A stretch of 64,000 nt of DNA from Ignavibacteriales bacterium (GTDB lineage Bacteria > Bacteroidota > Ignavibacteria > UBA10030): positions 5,342 through 69,341 of the forward strand of contig JACPUH010000012.1 of NCBI GenBank assembly GCA_016192345.1. The letters are read 5' to 3'. Shown here one piece after another: positions 1 to 10,074 of the stretch. Both the position numbers and the translations under genes were made by a program. Within the stretch, counting starts at the first letter, position 1. Each line of letters begins with the position of its first letter. The notes beneath the pieces were generated by a model. It saw nothing but the letters and a program-made list of their open reading frames with translations. It was not told where the DNA came from and ran no database searches.

Positions 1-422
1 GGGGTTTTCTTCAAATTCCGTGAAAACACATTCATGGAAATTTGCTGGACGAGTCGAAGACAATTCTCAAGATGAAGTCGCACAAGTTATGCGGTATATC
101 TTGGAGAAGGGTTGATGCTACCTTACAGCGTTGAGAAAGAATTTGTTCGAAAGAGTTAGATGGGACTCACGCACCTTCGTGAGGCGACTCCTCGAAAGCG
201 TCCAGCAAACAGAAACCCTCGGCATGCTCTCTCCTACCCTCCTCACTCCATCGCACGCGACATCGTGAATTGGTTTCGTACACAGAGATACACCTGAGAA
301 CCGATCCGGCGGGGACCCGTTGAACTCCCCTTTCTTGCACTTCGTCCCCTTTCTTTTTACTATGACATCGGCAATTCGGCCGGTGTGCATCATCCTTTAT
401 CACCTTGGATTCAGGGGACTCT

Positions 423-2555
423 ATGAAAACCGTGATCCTTTCCCTCCTCATCTTCGTAAACGTCTCTTTCGCTCAAACCATTCAAAGTCCTCATGGGAAG
501 CTTTCCCTGACGTTCGCGCTTACAACCGGTGGTGTTCCTACCTATGCCCTCCAGTTTGGAAACAACCCGGTTGTCAAGACAAGCAGGTTGGGAATTCAAC
601 TAAAAGGCGAGCCCTCGTTTGACAAAGGATTTGTCATCGCCTCCGTTGACACATTGACACACGACGAAACATGGGAGCCGGTGTGGGGCGAGGTGAAACG
701 CATCCGATCCCACTGCCGGGAGCTTGCCGTGACACTCCGGCAACCATCGATCCATGATCGAACCTTGATCGTGCGGTTCAGGCTGTTCGACGATGGATTG
801 GGGTTCCGCTACGAATTTTCCAGGCAGGAGCCGTTAAAATACTTTGTCGTTTCGGAAGAGCAGACGGAGTTTGCCCTCACCGGTGATCATACAGCATTCT
901 GGATTCCAGGGGATTATGATACCAACGAGTATCAATATACCACATCCCCTCTCAGCAAGATCGATGCGACCACCGGAAAAGCCGCGGATGAAATCTATGC
1001 AAAAACCGCCATCGGCCGCAATGCTGTCCAAACGCCCCTGATGATGAAAACGGGGGATGGTCTGTACATTAATATTCATGAGGCGGCGCTCGTCGACTAT
1101 CCGGCCATGAACCTGATTGTCGACCAGGCGACATTCAAGCTCTCCTCTCACCTTGTCCCTGACGCCCTGGGGAACAAGGCGTATATGCAGACCCCCGCAA
1201 AAACTCCATGGCGCACCATCATCGTGAGCGATAAGGCGACTGATATCCTCGCCTCCAAATTGATCCTTAATCTGAACGAACCGGCAACGATCAGCGACGT
1301 CAGCTGGATCAAGCCGCAAAAGTACGTTGGTGTCTGGTGGGAGTTGCACGTCGGGGTGTCTTCATGGAATTATGCCGACGTCGACAACGTGAAACTCACG
1401 GAAACGGACTGGAAGAGCCTGACCCCGAACGGACACCACGGGGCGACCACCGCGCGGGTGAAGCGGTATATCGACTTCGCCGCCACCCATGGCTTTACCA
1501 GCGTTCTGGTAGAGGGTTGGAACATCGGGTGGGAGGATTGGTTCGGCAAGTGGAAGGAGGAGGTGTTTGACTTCATCACACCGTATCCTGACTTCGACGT
1601 GAACGAACTGCAACGCTACGCCGCCAGCAAAGGTGTCAAGGTCATGATGCACCACGAGACCTCAAGCTCCGTGACCAACTACGAGCGCCGGATGGACGAG
1701 GCGTACCGCTTCATGAAAACCCACGGGTATGATGCAGTCAAGACCGGATATGTGGGGAAGATCATCCCACGGGGAGAACACCATGACGGACAGTGGATGG
1801 TCAACCACTACGTGCGGGTAGCGGAGAAAACGGCTCAGAACAGGATCATGGTGAACATGCATGAGCCGGTCCGACCGACGGGATTACACCGCACCTATCC
1901 GAACTGGCTTGCGTGTGAGGCGGCACGCGGGAACGAGTTCAACGCATGGAGTCACGGGAATCCACCGGAGCATGAGACGATCCTTCCCTTCACCCGGTTG
2001 ATGGGGGGACCGATGGACTACACACCGGGGATTTTTCAAATCAAGATGAACCACTACCGGCCGGAGAGAGGGGAGCAGGTTCACACAACATTAGCCAAGC
2101 AACTTGCTCTCTATGTAACGCTGTACAGTCCTCTTCAAATGGCGGCCGATCTTCCGGAAAACTACGAACGCTTCCCTGATGCGTTCCAGTTCATCAAGGA
2201 CGTCGATGTTGATTGGGACGAGACGATTATCCTCGCCGCTGAACCGGGAGACTACCTCACCGTCGCACGGAAGGCAAAGAACCGCGACGCATGGTTCCTC
2301 GGCGCCATCACGGACGAGCATGCCCGTTCTTCAAAAGTCTCTCTCGATTTTCTGCCGGGCCAATCGTGGTATGTTGCTTCAATCTACGCCGACGCGCCGG
2401 AGGCCCACTGGGAGAAGAATCCGATGGCCTATCACATCGAGCATGTGTTGGTCAATAGCAGGACCACGCTCGACCTGAGGCTGGCCCCGGGCGGGGGCGC
2501 AGCCGTAAGCCTCAAGCCCGCAACTGCAGATGATATGAGGAGGAGGAAGGAATAG
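423..2555 (+). CDS. GH97 family alpha-glucosidase (SusB-like), secreted
   Basis: 716-aa ORF. Signal peptide MKTVILSLLIFVNVSFA then full-length GH97-like sequence. Track start 405 is TTG; first ATG at 423. Confidence 0.85.
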   Translation: MKTVILSLLIFVNVSFAQTIQSPHGKLSLTFALTTGGVPTYALQFGNNPVVKTSRLGIQLKGEPSFDKGFVIASVDTLTHDETWEPVWGEVKRIRSHCRELAVTLRQPSIHDRTLIVRFRLFDDGLGFRYEFSRQEPLKYFVVSEEQTEFALTGDHTAFWIPGDYDTNEYQYTTSPLSKIDATTGKAADEIYAKTAIGRNAVQTPLMMKTGDGLYINIHEAALVDYPAMNLIVDQATFKLSSHLVPDALGNKAYMQTPAKTPWRTIIVSDKATDILASKLILNLNEPATISDVSWIKPQKYVGVWWELHVGVSSWNYADVDNVKLTETDWKSLTPNGHHGATTARVKRYIDFAATHGFTSVLVEGWNIGWEDWFGKWKEEVFDFITPYPDFDVNELQRYAASKGVKVMMHHETSSSVTNYERRMDEAYRFMKTHGYDAVKTGYVGKIIPRGEHHDGQWMVNHYVRVAEKTAQNRIMVNMHEPVRPTGLHRTYPNWLACEAARGNEFNAWSHGNPPEHETILPFTRLMGGPMDYTPGIFQIKMNHYRPERGEQVHTTLAKQLALYVTLYSPLQMAADLPENYERFPDAFQFIKDVDVDWDETIILAAEPGDYLTVARKAKNRDAWFLGAITDEHARSSKVSLDFLPGQSWYVASIYADAPEAHWEKNPMAYHIEHVLVNSRTTLDLRLAPGGGAAVSLKPATADDMRRRKE

Positions 2556-2601
2556 AGAGACGGGAAGTAGCTTTCCTCCTTCTGAGAGTTGGTTGCCCTT
2601 T

Positions 2602-3855
2602 ATGAGCCAGAACATGATACAAATACTATCTTCCTTTATGAAAGCACTGCGCTATGGCCTCATCGTCTCCATTGTGATGCGCTCGACTCCGTGTCCCGCT
2701 CAGGAGACACGAGTGAATCTTAAAATATTTGCACCCGCCACAACCCCGAAAGAAGCTCAACTGTACGTAACGGGAAATCATCCGGACATCGGCAACTGGA
2801 ATCCGCAAGGAATGTCGCTTGTTCACGAGAACGATTCAATCTGGACTGCAACAATCGTGTTGCCAAAGAGTTTTGGACTTGAATTCAAGATCACGCGCGG
2901 TTCCTGGAATCAGCAGGTGATGTACAAGGAGGGTGAAATTCCGCACAACACCGTTGTTGTGGCAGAGCGAGACACGACGGTGGAACTCAAGCCGCTGACG
3001 TGGAGCGACTTGGAGTCCAGTCGGGCTGGCGGAATCGTTGGGAACGTACACTACCATCGCGGATTGAGAGGAGAAGGACTAAGGCATGCGCGTGACGTGA
3101 TCGTGTGGATGCCGCCATCGTACGGGAAAGAAACGTCGAAGCGCTATCCTGTGCTCTATATGCACGATGGGCAGAACATCTTTGATCCGAGCACATCGTT
3201 CATCGGCTATGACTGGCACATGGATGAAGTGGCGGATAGTTTGATCCGCTTCGGCAAGATAGAGGAAATCATGATCGTCGGGATCTACAACTCGCCGGAT
3301 CGGAGTCCCGAGTATTCTGATACCGAGCTTGGAAGAACATACGCAAGGTTCGTAGTACATCACGTGAAACCACTGATTGACTCGATCTATCGAACGAAAC
3401 CCGATCGTTTGAACACTGCCGTCATGGGTTCATCCATGGGCGGGCACATCTCGTTTCTCCTCGCCTGGTGGTATCCCGACATCTTCTATCAAGCAGCATG
3501 TCTTTCCCCTGCATTCGTTACGCCTGTTCTTGACGAACATGGGAATCCTGTGGAATATGACGACAGGACGTTCCAACAAGTACGATCTTATACCGGAAAG
3601 AAAAAAGACATACGACTCTACATGGATTGCGGCGGGGTGGGCATGGACCTAAGACTGAAGCCCGGTATGGATATGATGGCAGATTTGTTGGCGGCGCAAG
3701 AATACGAAAAACAAAAGGAATTGCAGGTGTTCTTTGACAAACAAGCCGATCACAATGAGTACGCGTGGGCAGCGCGCGCGTGGAGGCCGCTGATATTTAT
3801 GTTTGGTAAAGAGCAAGGATCCGTAAAGCGTCACAACCACAAAGGAAGGAAATGA
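2602..3855 (+). CDS. alpha/beta-hydrolase esterase (putative-esterase/esterase D-like) with N-terminal CBM20/CBM48-like starch/glycogen-binding beta-sandwich
   Basis: N-terminal module LYVTGNHPDIGNWNP...EFKI resembles the CBM-like modules elsewhere in this window. C-terminal RYPVLYMHDGQNIF...GSSMGGHISF is an esterase-family serine hydrolase. Track start is TTG; first ATG at 2602. Confidence 0.7.
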   Translation: MSQNMIQILSSFMKALRYGLIVSIVMRSTPCPAQETRVNLKIFAPATTPKEAQLYVTGNHPDIGNWNPQGMSLVHENDSIWTATIVLPKSFGLEFKITRGSWNQQVMYKEGEIPHNTVVVAERDTTVELKPLTWSDLESSRAGGIVGNVHYHRGLRGEGLRHARDVIVWMPPSYGKETSKRYPVLYMHDGQNIFDPSTSFIGYDWHMDEVADSLIRFGKIEEIMIVGIYNSPDRSPEYSDTELGRTYARFVVHHVKPLIDSIYRTKPDRLNTAVMGSSMGGHISFLLAWWYPDIFYQAACLSPAFVTPVLDEHGNPVEYDDRTFQQVRSYTGKKKDIRLYMDCGGVGMDLRLKPGMDMMADLLAAQEYEKQKELQVFFDKQADHNEYAWAARAWRPLIFMFGKEQGSVKRHNHKGRK

Positions 3856-3967
3856 AGAAGACTGTTCCCATGCTGATTGCTCTTGAGCATGTGTTGCAAC
3901 AAAATAAAGTTGTTGGCGGAGCGTTGAATGCTTGCTTCCTGAAGTTGTTCCGAAGGGGGGCGCGACT

Positions 3968-5062
3968 TCAGAGCGCTTGTTCGGTGGTACGATCGAAAAA
4001 GTGGGCTTTCGTCATATCAAAGACCAGGTCGACCACCATCCCAACACGGACCTTCGCTGACGCATCCACGCGTGCAACATGCTGCGCCCCTTTCTCCCGG
4101 GTCGTGAAGTAAAGATAGAGTTCATTGCCCATCGGCTCGACAACTTCCACCGTTGCGCGGACTTTCGCTTTGCCGCGGGAAGTTCCGATGGATATATCTT
4201 CCGGCCTGATCCCCAGGATCACATCCTTCGCCCTGTGAGGCACCAGTCGCCTGGCGTGTTTCGCCGGAACGCCGAGGACGATGCCCCCGCCGTCACGAAA
4301 CTCCAATCCGCCCGACTTGTGAAAGGTCCCTTCCAGGAAATTCATCGCGGGGCTTCCGATAAACCCCGCGACAAATTTGTTCCTTGGATGATGGTACAGT
4401 TCCAGCGGCGTGTCCACCTGGAGGACATACCCGTCCTTCATGACCACAATCCTGTCCCCCATGGTCATCGCCTCCGTCTGGTCATGGGTCACGTAGATCA
4501 TGGTCGTCGTAAGACGCTGGTGGAGCTTGGAGATTTCGGTGCGCATCAGCACCCGTAACTGCGTATCGAGGTTGCTCAGCGGCTCGTCGAACAGGAACAC
4601 GTTCGGCTTGCGAACGATGGCCCTGCCCAGGGCAACACGCTGCCGTTGGCCGCCGGAGAGCGCCTTCGGTTTACGGTCCAGCAGGCTTTCAATTCCCAGC
4701 ATTTCCGCGGTCGTTTTCACCATCCGGTCAATCTCGGGTTTCGGCAGCTTCCTCAACCGGAGACCGAACGCCATGTTCTCATACACCGTGAGGTGGGGAT
4801 AGAGCGCATAGTTCTGGAAGACCATGGCGATATCGCGATCCTTGGGCGGAACGTCGTTGACCACGCGTCCGTCGATCATGATCGAGCCGCTGGAAGCCTC
4901 CTCAAGCCCGGCGATCATCCTCAGCGTCGTGGATTTCCCGCAACCGGATGGTCCCACCAGCACGATCAGTTCGTGATCCATAATGTCCAGGGTCATGTCA
5001 TGGACGCCAATATGGCCCCCCTCATATACTTTTTCGACATGTTCCAAGCGAACAGTTGCCAT
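3968..5062 (-). CDS. malK: ABC sugar-import ATPase, MalK/MsmK family
   Basis: Walker A GPSGCGKST, ABC signature LSGGQRQR, Walker B FLFDEPLSNLD, C-terminal transport-associated regulatory domain. ATG verified. Confidence 0.9.
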   Translation of the reverse strand: MATVRLEHVEKVYEGGHIGVHDMTLDIMDHELIVLVGPSGCGKSTTLRMIAGLEEASSGSIMIDGRVVNDVPPKDRDIAMVFQNYALYPHLTVYENMAFGLRLRKLPKPEIDRMVKTTAEMLGIESLLDRKPKALSGGQRQRVALGRAIVRKPNVFLFDEPLSNLDTQLRVLMRTEISKLHQRLTTTMIYVTHDQTEAMTMGDRIVVMKDGYVLQVDTPLELYHHPRNKFVAGFIGSPAMNFLEGTFHKSGGLEFRDGGGIVLGVPAKHARRLVPHRAKDVILGIRPEDISIGTSRGKAKVRATVEVVEPMGNELYLYFTTREKGAQHVARVDASAKVRVGMVVDLVFDMTKAHFFDRTTEQAL

Positions 5063-5075
5063 GGTACTCCGCCGG

Positions 5076-7220
5076 TTATTGTTTGAGAGTTTTGAAGGTG
5101 TGACGAATGCCGACCCGCCATTCTTTCGCTAGGGTCACCTGCCAGAATGGGATGACGACGGAACTCTGGAAAATACGCTCAAACCCCGCTTCGGAGAGGG
5201 ACACGACCTCCAGGGGAAAGCGCCACAGTGTGGCCGCGCGCGTTGTTTCGATGCGGATATCGACCCCCAGCCACTCATCCCGCAGTCCGAGAGCCGAACT
5301 ATCGCAGAGTTGTCCCATGCTGGAAAGCGTGGCATCGTCCATCGATCCCGTATCGAGGTAATAGTACCGGTTCGGAGCCTTTCCATCCTGCAATCCGACA
5401 TTGAATTCCACACCGAACATGATCGGAACCGGTTCCTGTTCCTCGTTACGCAGCATATAGTCGATCGCCAGCATGCCCCCCTTGAAATCGACGGTGATCG
5501 TTTTCCGAAGGAAGAGACTGTGGCGTTTCCCTCCTTGGAGCAGATTTCCGTGTCGGGAGAGTTCGACGATTCCCTTTGTACCGTTCTTCGATGTTTTCAC
5601 TGTGTACGGTTGATGAACAAAATCCCCCACTTCCTCGTAGGAACCCCGTGTGACCTGTTCGAGGGTCGTCCCGGGGGCGAAAAAGTGATCGATGAGGGAA
5701 GCGCGCGGATAGCGATCATAGACCAGGTAGCGCTCCAGGCCGGACTCTTTTGCTTTGATGGTCTCGTGGATACTGGCCACCGCATCTTGCGGTGCTTGCG
5801 GCACCGCGTGCTTCAGCTTCGCGTGGTACCCCTCCTCCCGGCGCGAAACAATATCCAGCACATTCAGGTTGGCCGGTTTGAAATCCAACTCCACCAGGGA
5901 TCCCCCCTCCTCCGGTTTGAAGTAACAGTTCATGGTCGGAGTTTCCACAACAACCTCATCGTGTCCATCACAGTCGTAATCAACGGTCCGCATCCTGGTC
6001 CCATGGAGTCTCTCCAGGGTATCGAGTTCCTTTTCCGCGGCGATCAGATTGCTGTAGATCGGATAACGGAGAACCGGCAGGTACACCCCGCCGAAAATAC
6101 CATGCCAGTACGGATCGTTGCATTGGCTGGCAAAAATATGGCCGCGGATGCGTGCAAACGCGGCCCGGTTGAGTCCATTGCTCCGGGTTGCCTCGAGTCT
6201 TTGGGCCCGTTGCGAGACGTGGAGCATTTTCTTATGCATCTTGTTCGATTCAGGATACTTGGCCAGGAAATTCCTCCAGAAACCTCCTTTAAAGAACGAT
6301 TCGTATTTATCCCGCACCCCCTGTTCCTGAAGGGCGCGCTCAAACTCCTCGTAGAGTGAAAAGTGATGAGACGGCAACGCCCAGTGGAGCATCTCCGCGT
6401 AGGAAGCATTGGGGAGGTAGGTGAGCCCGAGCGGAGGAATGGTCTTCAGAACATCCTTGAAACGAACAAGGTGGATCCAGTCGGCATTGTCACTGAGGGC
6501 CTGAAAGAAGTCCTCCAACCAACCGCGTGTATAGACATGGTCGAAGGTGTTCGGCCAGACGCCGAATTTTTCACCATCGTCCGCGAAAACGGCAAGCTGG
6601 TTTCCTTCTTCCGTTGCAATTTCCCTAAGGTAGTCGATCGTCCGGTGCACGGGCTGGAACGGAATCGTATAGCGTAATCGCTTGCTGATGGGGAACATCG
6701 CGATTTTGTTTCCCTGCTCTTCGGTCACATAATATCCCAACAGTTCTTCCTCCGAGAACCCGGCATACTTGAAGTGCGTATCGTCCACAACGGTATACTG
6801 TAATCCGGCCTCCGCAATGCACTTTGCCAGGTGTTGTTCCCACACGCGTTCGGCCAGCCACATCCCGGTCGGAGCCTCGCCAAACTGCTTCTTGATGGTC
6901 TTCGAAAGCAGGTTGAGTTGTCCCGCTTTATCATCGTCGGGAATGATTGAGAGAATTGCCTCGTAGTAGGCCCCCCCCATGATCTCCACCTGGCCGGAAG
7001 CAACCAGGCGCTTCAATTGGCGGATGAACCCGGGCCGATGCTGAAGGAGCCACTCCAGCAGGATCCCCGAGTAGTGCTGGGTAAGCTTGACACGGGGATA
7101 CTTCTCCAGAAGATCGAGAAAGGGTTGGTAGGCATGCTGGTGGGCATGCTCGAACACAAAATCGAAATTTCCAATCGGCTGGTGATTGTGGATTCCAAGG
7201 ACGAGATTGATTTTTTTCAT
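5076..7220 (-). CDS. GH57 family alpha-glucan enzyme (amylase / 4-alpha-glucanotransferase / branching-type)
   Basis: N-terminal VLGIHNHQPIGNF motif typical of GH57; 714 aa; ATG verified. Confidence 0.8.
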   Translation of the reverse strand: MKKINLVLGIHNHQPIGNFDFVFEHAHQHAYQPFLDLLEKYPRVKLTQHYSGILLEWLLQHRPGFIRQLKRLVASGQVEIMGGAYYEAILSIIPDDDKAGQLNLLSKTIKKQFGEAPTGMWLAERVWEQHLAKCIAEAGLQYTVVDDTHFKYAGFSEEELLGYYVTEEQGNKIAMFPISKRLRYTIPFQPVHRTIDYLREIATEEGNQLAVFADDGEKFGVWPNTFDHVYTRGWLEDFFQALSDNADWIHLVRFKDVLKTIPPLGLTYLPNASYAEMLHWALPSHHFSLYEEFERALQEQGVRDKYESFFKGGFWRNFLAKYPESNKMHKKMLHVSQRAQRLEATRSNGLNRAAFARIRGHIFASQCNDPYWHGIFGGVYLPVLRYPIYSNLIAAEKELDTLERLHGTRMRTVDYDCDGHDEVVVETPTMNCYFKPEEGGSLVELDFKPANLNVLDIVSRREEGYHAKLKHAVPQAPQDAVASIHETIKAKESGLERYLVYDRYPRASLIDHFFAPGTTLEQVTRGSYEEVGDFVHQPYTVKTSKNGTKGIVELSRHGNLLQGGKRHSLFLRKTITVDFKGGMLAIDYMLRNEEQEPVPIMFGVEFNVGLQDGKAPNRYYYLDTGSMDDATLSSMGQLCDSSALGLRDEWLGVDIRIETTRAATLWRFPLEVVSLSEAGFERIFQSSVVIPFWQVTLAKEWRVGIRHTFKTLKQ

Positions 7221-7265
7221 GACGTTGCAGTGCTGGTCGGAATCATGGTTGCTCCACCGCGCTCC

Positions 7266-9065
7266 TCATTCCCCGGAGCTCACGAACACTCTGTACGCAA
7301 ACGGGTCGAGGACAAGGGAGAGTCGTCCATCGACCGCCTCCATCCTGGTCTTCGTGAAATACTCTTGAGCCCGGTACGGGGCCGGCCCCGGAAGAGTGAC
7401 GACAGCATTCCGACGATCACCAGACAGGTTGACGACCACGAATACCCGCTCCTTTCCTGATTGTCGTACGAAGGAGAGGATTTTTTCCCCCTCCGAATTC
7501 TCCAGCGGTTGGTAGCCGCCACTCCTCAGGGAGAGAGTGTTCCTCCGCAACCGGGAGAGCGCAGTATAGAGCTCGCGGAACTCTCCGCCATGCTTCCATT
7601 CGATCTCCACTTTCTCGAAGAGATCCAGCCGTCGCTCGTTCCCCGCCTCCTCTCCGTTATAGATGAGAGGTACCCCCGGAAACGCGAATGCCAACACCGC
7701 ACTCGCCTTTGCCCCCTCACGGTTGAACTTCTTCACAATCGGAGCGTCCCACGCGTTCTTGTCGTGATTCGTATTGAAGCGGAGCCGCAGCGACCCCTTG
7801 GGGAACCGATAGGATTCATTCTTCAGGAGTTCATGAAACAAACTCGGCGACCCCGACCCTCCGATCACCTTCGCAAGGATGTCGTAGAAATTCCAAGCAT
7901 ACGTAAGGTCGAATGCCTCAACATGGTGTTCCGCGAACGTCCCTTCCGAAAGCATCATGACCGGTTTCAGAGCATCCAGTTCCCTGCGTGCACGGTTCCA
8001 GAATTCGGTCGGAACAAGCTCGGCAACATCGCACCGGTAGCCGTCGATACCCACGTCGCTCACCCAGTACTTCATCATGGCAACCATGTACTCCCGCAAC
8101 CCGGGGTTGTCATACTGAAGGTCGGCAACATCGGTCCAATCGTCGTTGGGGGGCACGATAGCCCCGGTCGAGTCTTTCGTGAACCACTCCGGGTGCTCGC
8201 GGATGAGCTTGCTGTCCCACGACGTATGGTTTGCCACAAGATCGATGATGATCTTCAACCCGTGATCATGGACGCTCTTGACGAGCGAGCGGAAATCCTG
8301 CAACGTCCCGAATTCCGGATTGATACCGTAGTAATCCTGCACGGCATAAGGGCTTCCGAGCGTCCCCTTGCGATTCACCTTGCCGACCGGATGAATGGGC
8401 ATCAGCCAGAGGACGGTCGCGCCGAGTTGTTTCAATTCAGGGACCCTCTTCTCCAGCGCTTTGAAGTTTCCCTCTTTTGAAAACGAGCGAAGGTACACCT
8501 CGTAGATCACGGCATCCTTAACCCATTCTTCGCTGTGTCGGGCGGGCATTTTGGAAAACGGCGATTCGAGCATCCGATGAACGCTGTCCAACGCAATGAC
8601 GCTCACCGGTTTATAGATCCCTCCGGGTCCGGCGAGATCCACGACGCGGATGGTCAGTTCGTTCGTTCCCTGCCGGAGCACATTGGTGATTTCAAGAAAG
8701 AACGCTTCGCTGTACCCCGCGTGAGAACCGACATTCTTCCCGTTGACCCATACCTCCGCATCATCATCCACCCCCCCGAAGAACAATGCCCTGGGCTGAA
8801 GCGGGGCGTTATAGTCGAACTTCGTGGTGAACCATCCAACCCCGTCGTACGAGGGGAGGTTGTACCGCTCCCAATAGTCGGGAACGGAGACTTCCTTCCA
8901 TCCCGATCGGTTGAAGTGTTCCGCATACCAGGATTCCGACAGACCTTTGTCCAGGGAGTCAACCTGAAAAAACCAGGGTCCGTTCAAATCGATGCGCGTT
9001 GGTGTGTTCATAGTACATCCCATGCAGGTAAGGAGTGAGAGGAAGGCAAGCGGGAGGCGGTTCAT
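7266..9065 (-). CDS. GH13 alpha-amylase-family lipoprotein with N-terminal GH2-N-like sugar-binding jelly-roll domain
   Basis: Lipobox LLTCMGC. GH13 regions DAVIYEVYLRSF, GLKIIIDLVANHTS, GIDGYRCDVA. N-terminal ~150 aa resemble the Glyco_hydro_2_N beta-sandwich. Confidence 0.8.
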   Translation of the reverse strand: MNRLPLAFLSLLTCMGCTMNTPTRIDLNGPWFFQVDSLDKGLSESWYAEHFNRSGWKEVSVPDYWERYNLPSYDGVGWFTTKFDYNAPLQPRALFFGGVDDDAEVWVNGKNVGSHAGYSEAFFLEITNVLRQGTNELTIRVVDLAGPGGIYKPVSVIALDSVHRMLESPFSKMPARHSEEWVKDAVIYEVYLRSFSKEGNFKALEKRVPELKQLGATVLWLMPIHPVGKVNRKGTLGSPYAVQDYYGINPEFGTLQDFRSLVKSVHDHGLKIIIDLVANHTSWDSKLIREHPEWFTKDSTGAIVPPNDDWTDVADLQYDNPGLREYMVAMMKYWVSDVGIDGYRCDVAELVPTEFWNRARRELDALKPVMMLSEGTFAEHHVEAFDLTYAWNFYDILAKVIGGSGSPSLFHELLKNESYRFPKGSLRLRFNTNHDKNAWDAPIVKKFNREGAKASAVLAFAFPGVPLIYNGEEAGNERRLDLFEKVEIEWKHGGEFRELYTALSRLRRNTLSLRSGGYQPLENSEGEKILSFVRQSGKERVFVVVNLSGDRRNAVVTLPGPAPYRAQEYFTKTRMEAVDGRLSLVLDPFAYRVFVSSGE

Positions 9066-9071
9066 GGTGTT

Positions 9072-9917
9072 TTATCCTTTCACGCTGCCGAGCGTCAGGC
9101 CGGAGACGAGCCAGCGGCTTAACGCGAGAAACAGGACAACGACCGGGATCATGACAAGGATCGAAGCGGAACCATACAACCCCCACTCGGTGCTCATGCT
9201 TGATTCAAAGGACTTCAGCCCCAGGGGAAGAGTCCACAATGATGAGTCCTGCAGGATCTGGGCGGCAACCAGGTACTCCGACCAGGCGGTCATGAACGAA
9301 AAGAGGGCCGTGATCACGAGAGCCGGTGCGGCCAGCGGCAGAATGACGCGCCGGAAGGCCTGGAACTGGGTGCAGCCGTCGATGCGGGCAGCCTCCTCCA
9401 GGCTGACCGGAATGGTGTCATAGTACCCTTTCATGGTCCAGATGCAGAACGGAAGAGCGGTCGCCGAGTAGACGATGACGATCCCGAGAAACGTGTTGAT
9501 GAGACCGAGGTTGATCAGCATGATATACATCGGAAGAAGGAGCATCGTTGCCGGGAACATCTGCGTGGTGAGTAGACTCAACAGCCCGGCCTTCCGGCCA
9601 AGGAACCGGAATCGGGAGAAGCCATATCCCGCCGTCGACGCGAAAACGACGCCGGTGAACGTCACGGTGAGCGATACGAGGGTGCTGTTCCACAGCCAGC
9701 GAAGAAAGTCCCGCTCGGTGAAGAGCTTGATGTAGTTATCGAAGGTTGCGTTCTCGGGGATCAACGCCATCGAAGTGGAGAGGAGCTGATCGCCGGGCCG
9801 GAGGGAGATGTTCACCACCTGCCAGATGGGAAAAAGACAAATGACCACGAAGAGAAGCAAGACCCCGTGAGAGAGGGCTTTTTGAATCAATGCTGTGCGT
9901 TTTCGCTGGATTGCCAT
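9072..9917 (-). CDS. malG: ABC carbohydrate permease, MalG-like
   Basis: 281-aa polytopic membrane protein with EAA-loop region (EEAARIDGCTQFQAFRRVILP), characteristic of sugar ABC permeases. Confidence 0.85.
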   Translation of the reverse strand: MAIQRKRTALIQKALSHGVLLLFVVICLFPIWQVVNISLRPGDQLLSTSMALIPENATFDNYIKLFTERDFLRWLWNSTLVSLTVTFTGVVFASTAGYGFSRFRFLGRKAGLLSLLTTQMFPATMLLLPMYIMLINLGLINTFLGIVIVYSATALPFCIWTMKGYYDTIPVSLEEAARIDGCTQFQAFRRVILPLAAPALVITALFSFMTAWSEYLVAAQILQDSSLWTLPLGLKSFESSMSTEWGLYGSASILVMIPVVVLFLALSRWLVSGLTLGSVKG

Positions 9918-10074
9918 GACTAATCTCCGAATGCCTTTCCCAAAAAGTAATTTGGTTTTTTCACCGCGAAGGACGCAGAGTGCGCCGAGAACTCAGTTGT
10001 CAAATTAGCAATTCTTGCTCTGCGATCTCCGCGCCTCTGCGGTGAGAATACAAGGTTTTTGATTTGGATCGGCA

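Noticed and set aside
1-404. Possible 3' end of an upstream gene and promoter of the GH97 gene
   Set aside because: Two short frames run off the window start, but too little sequence to identify. No clear promoter consensus could be assigned by eye.
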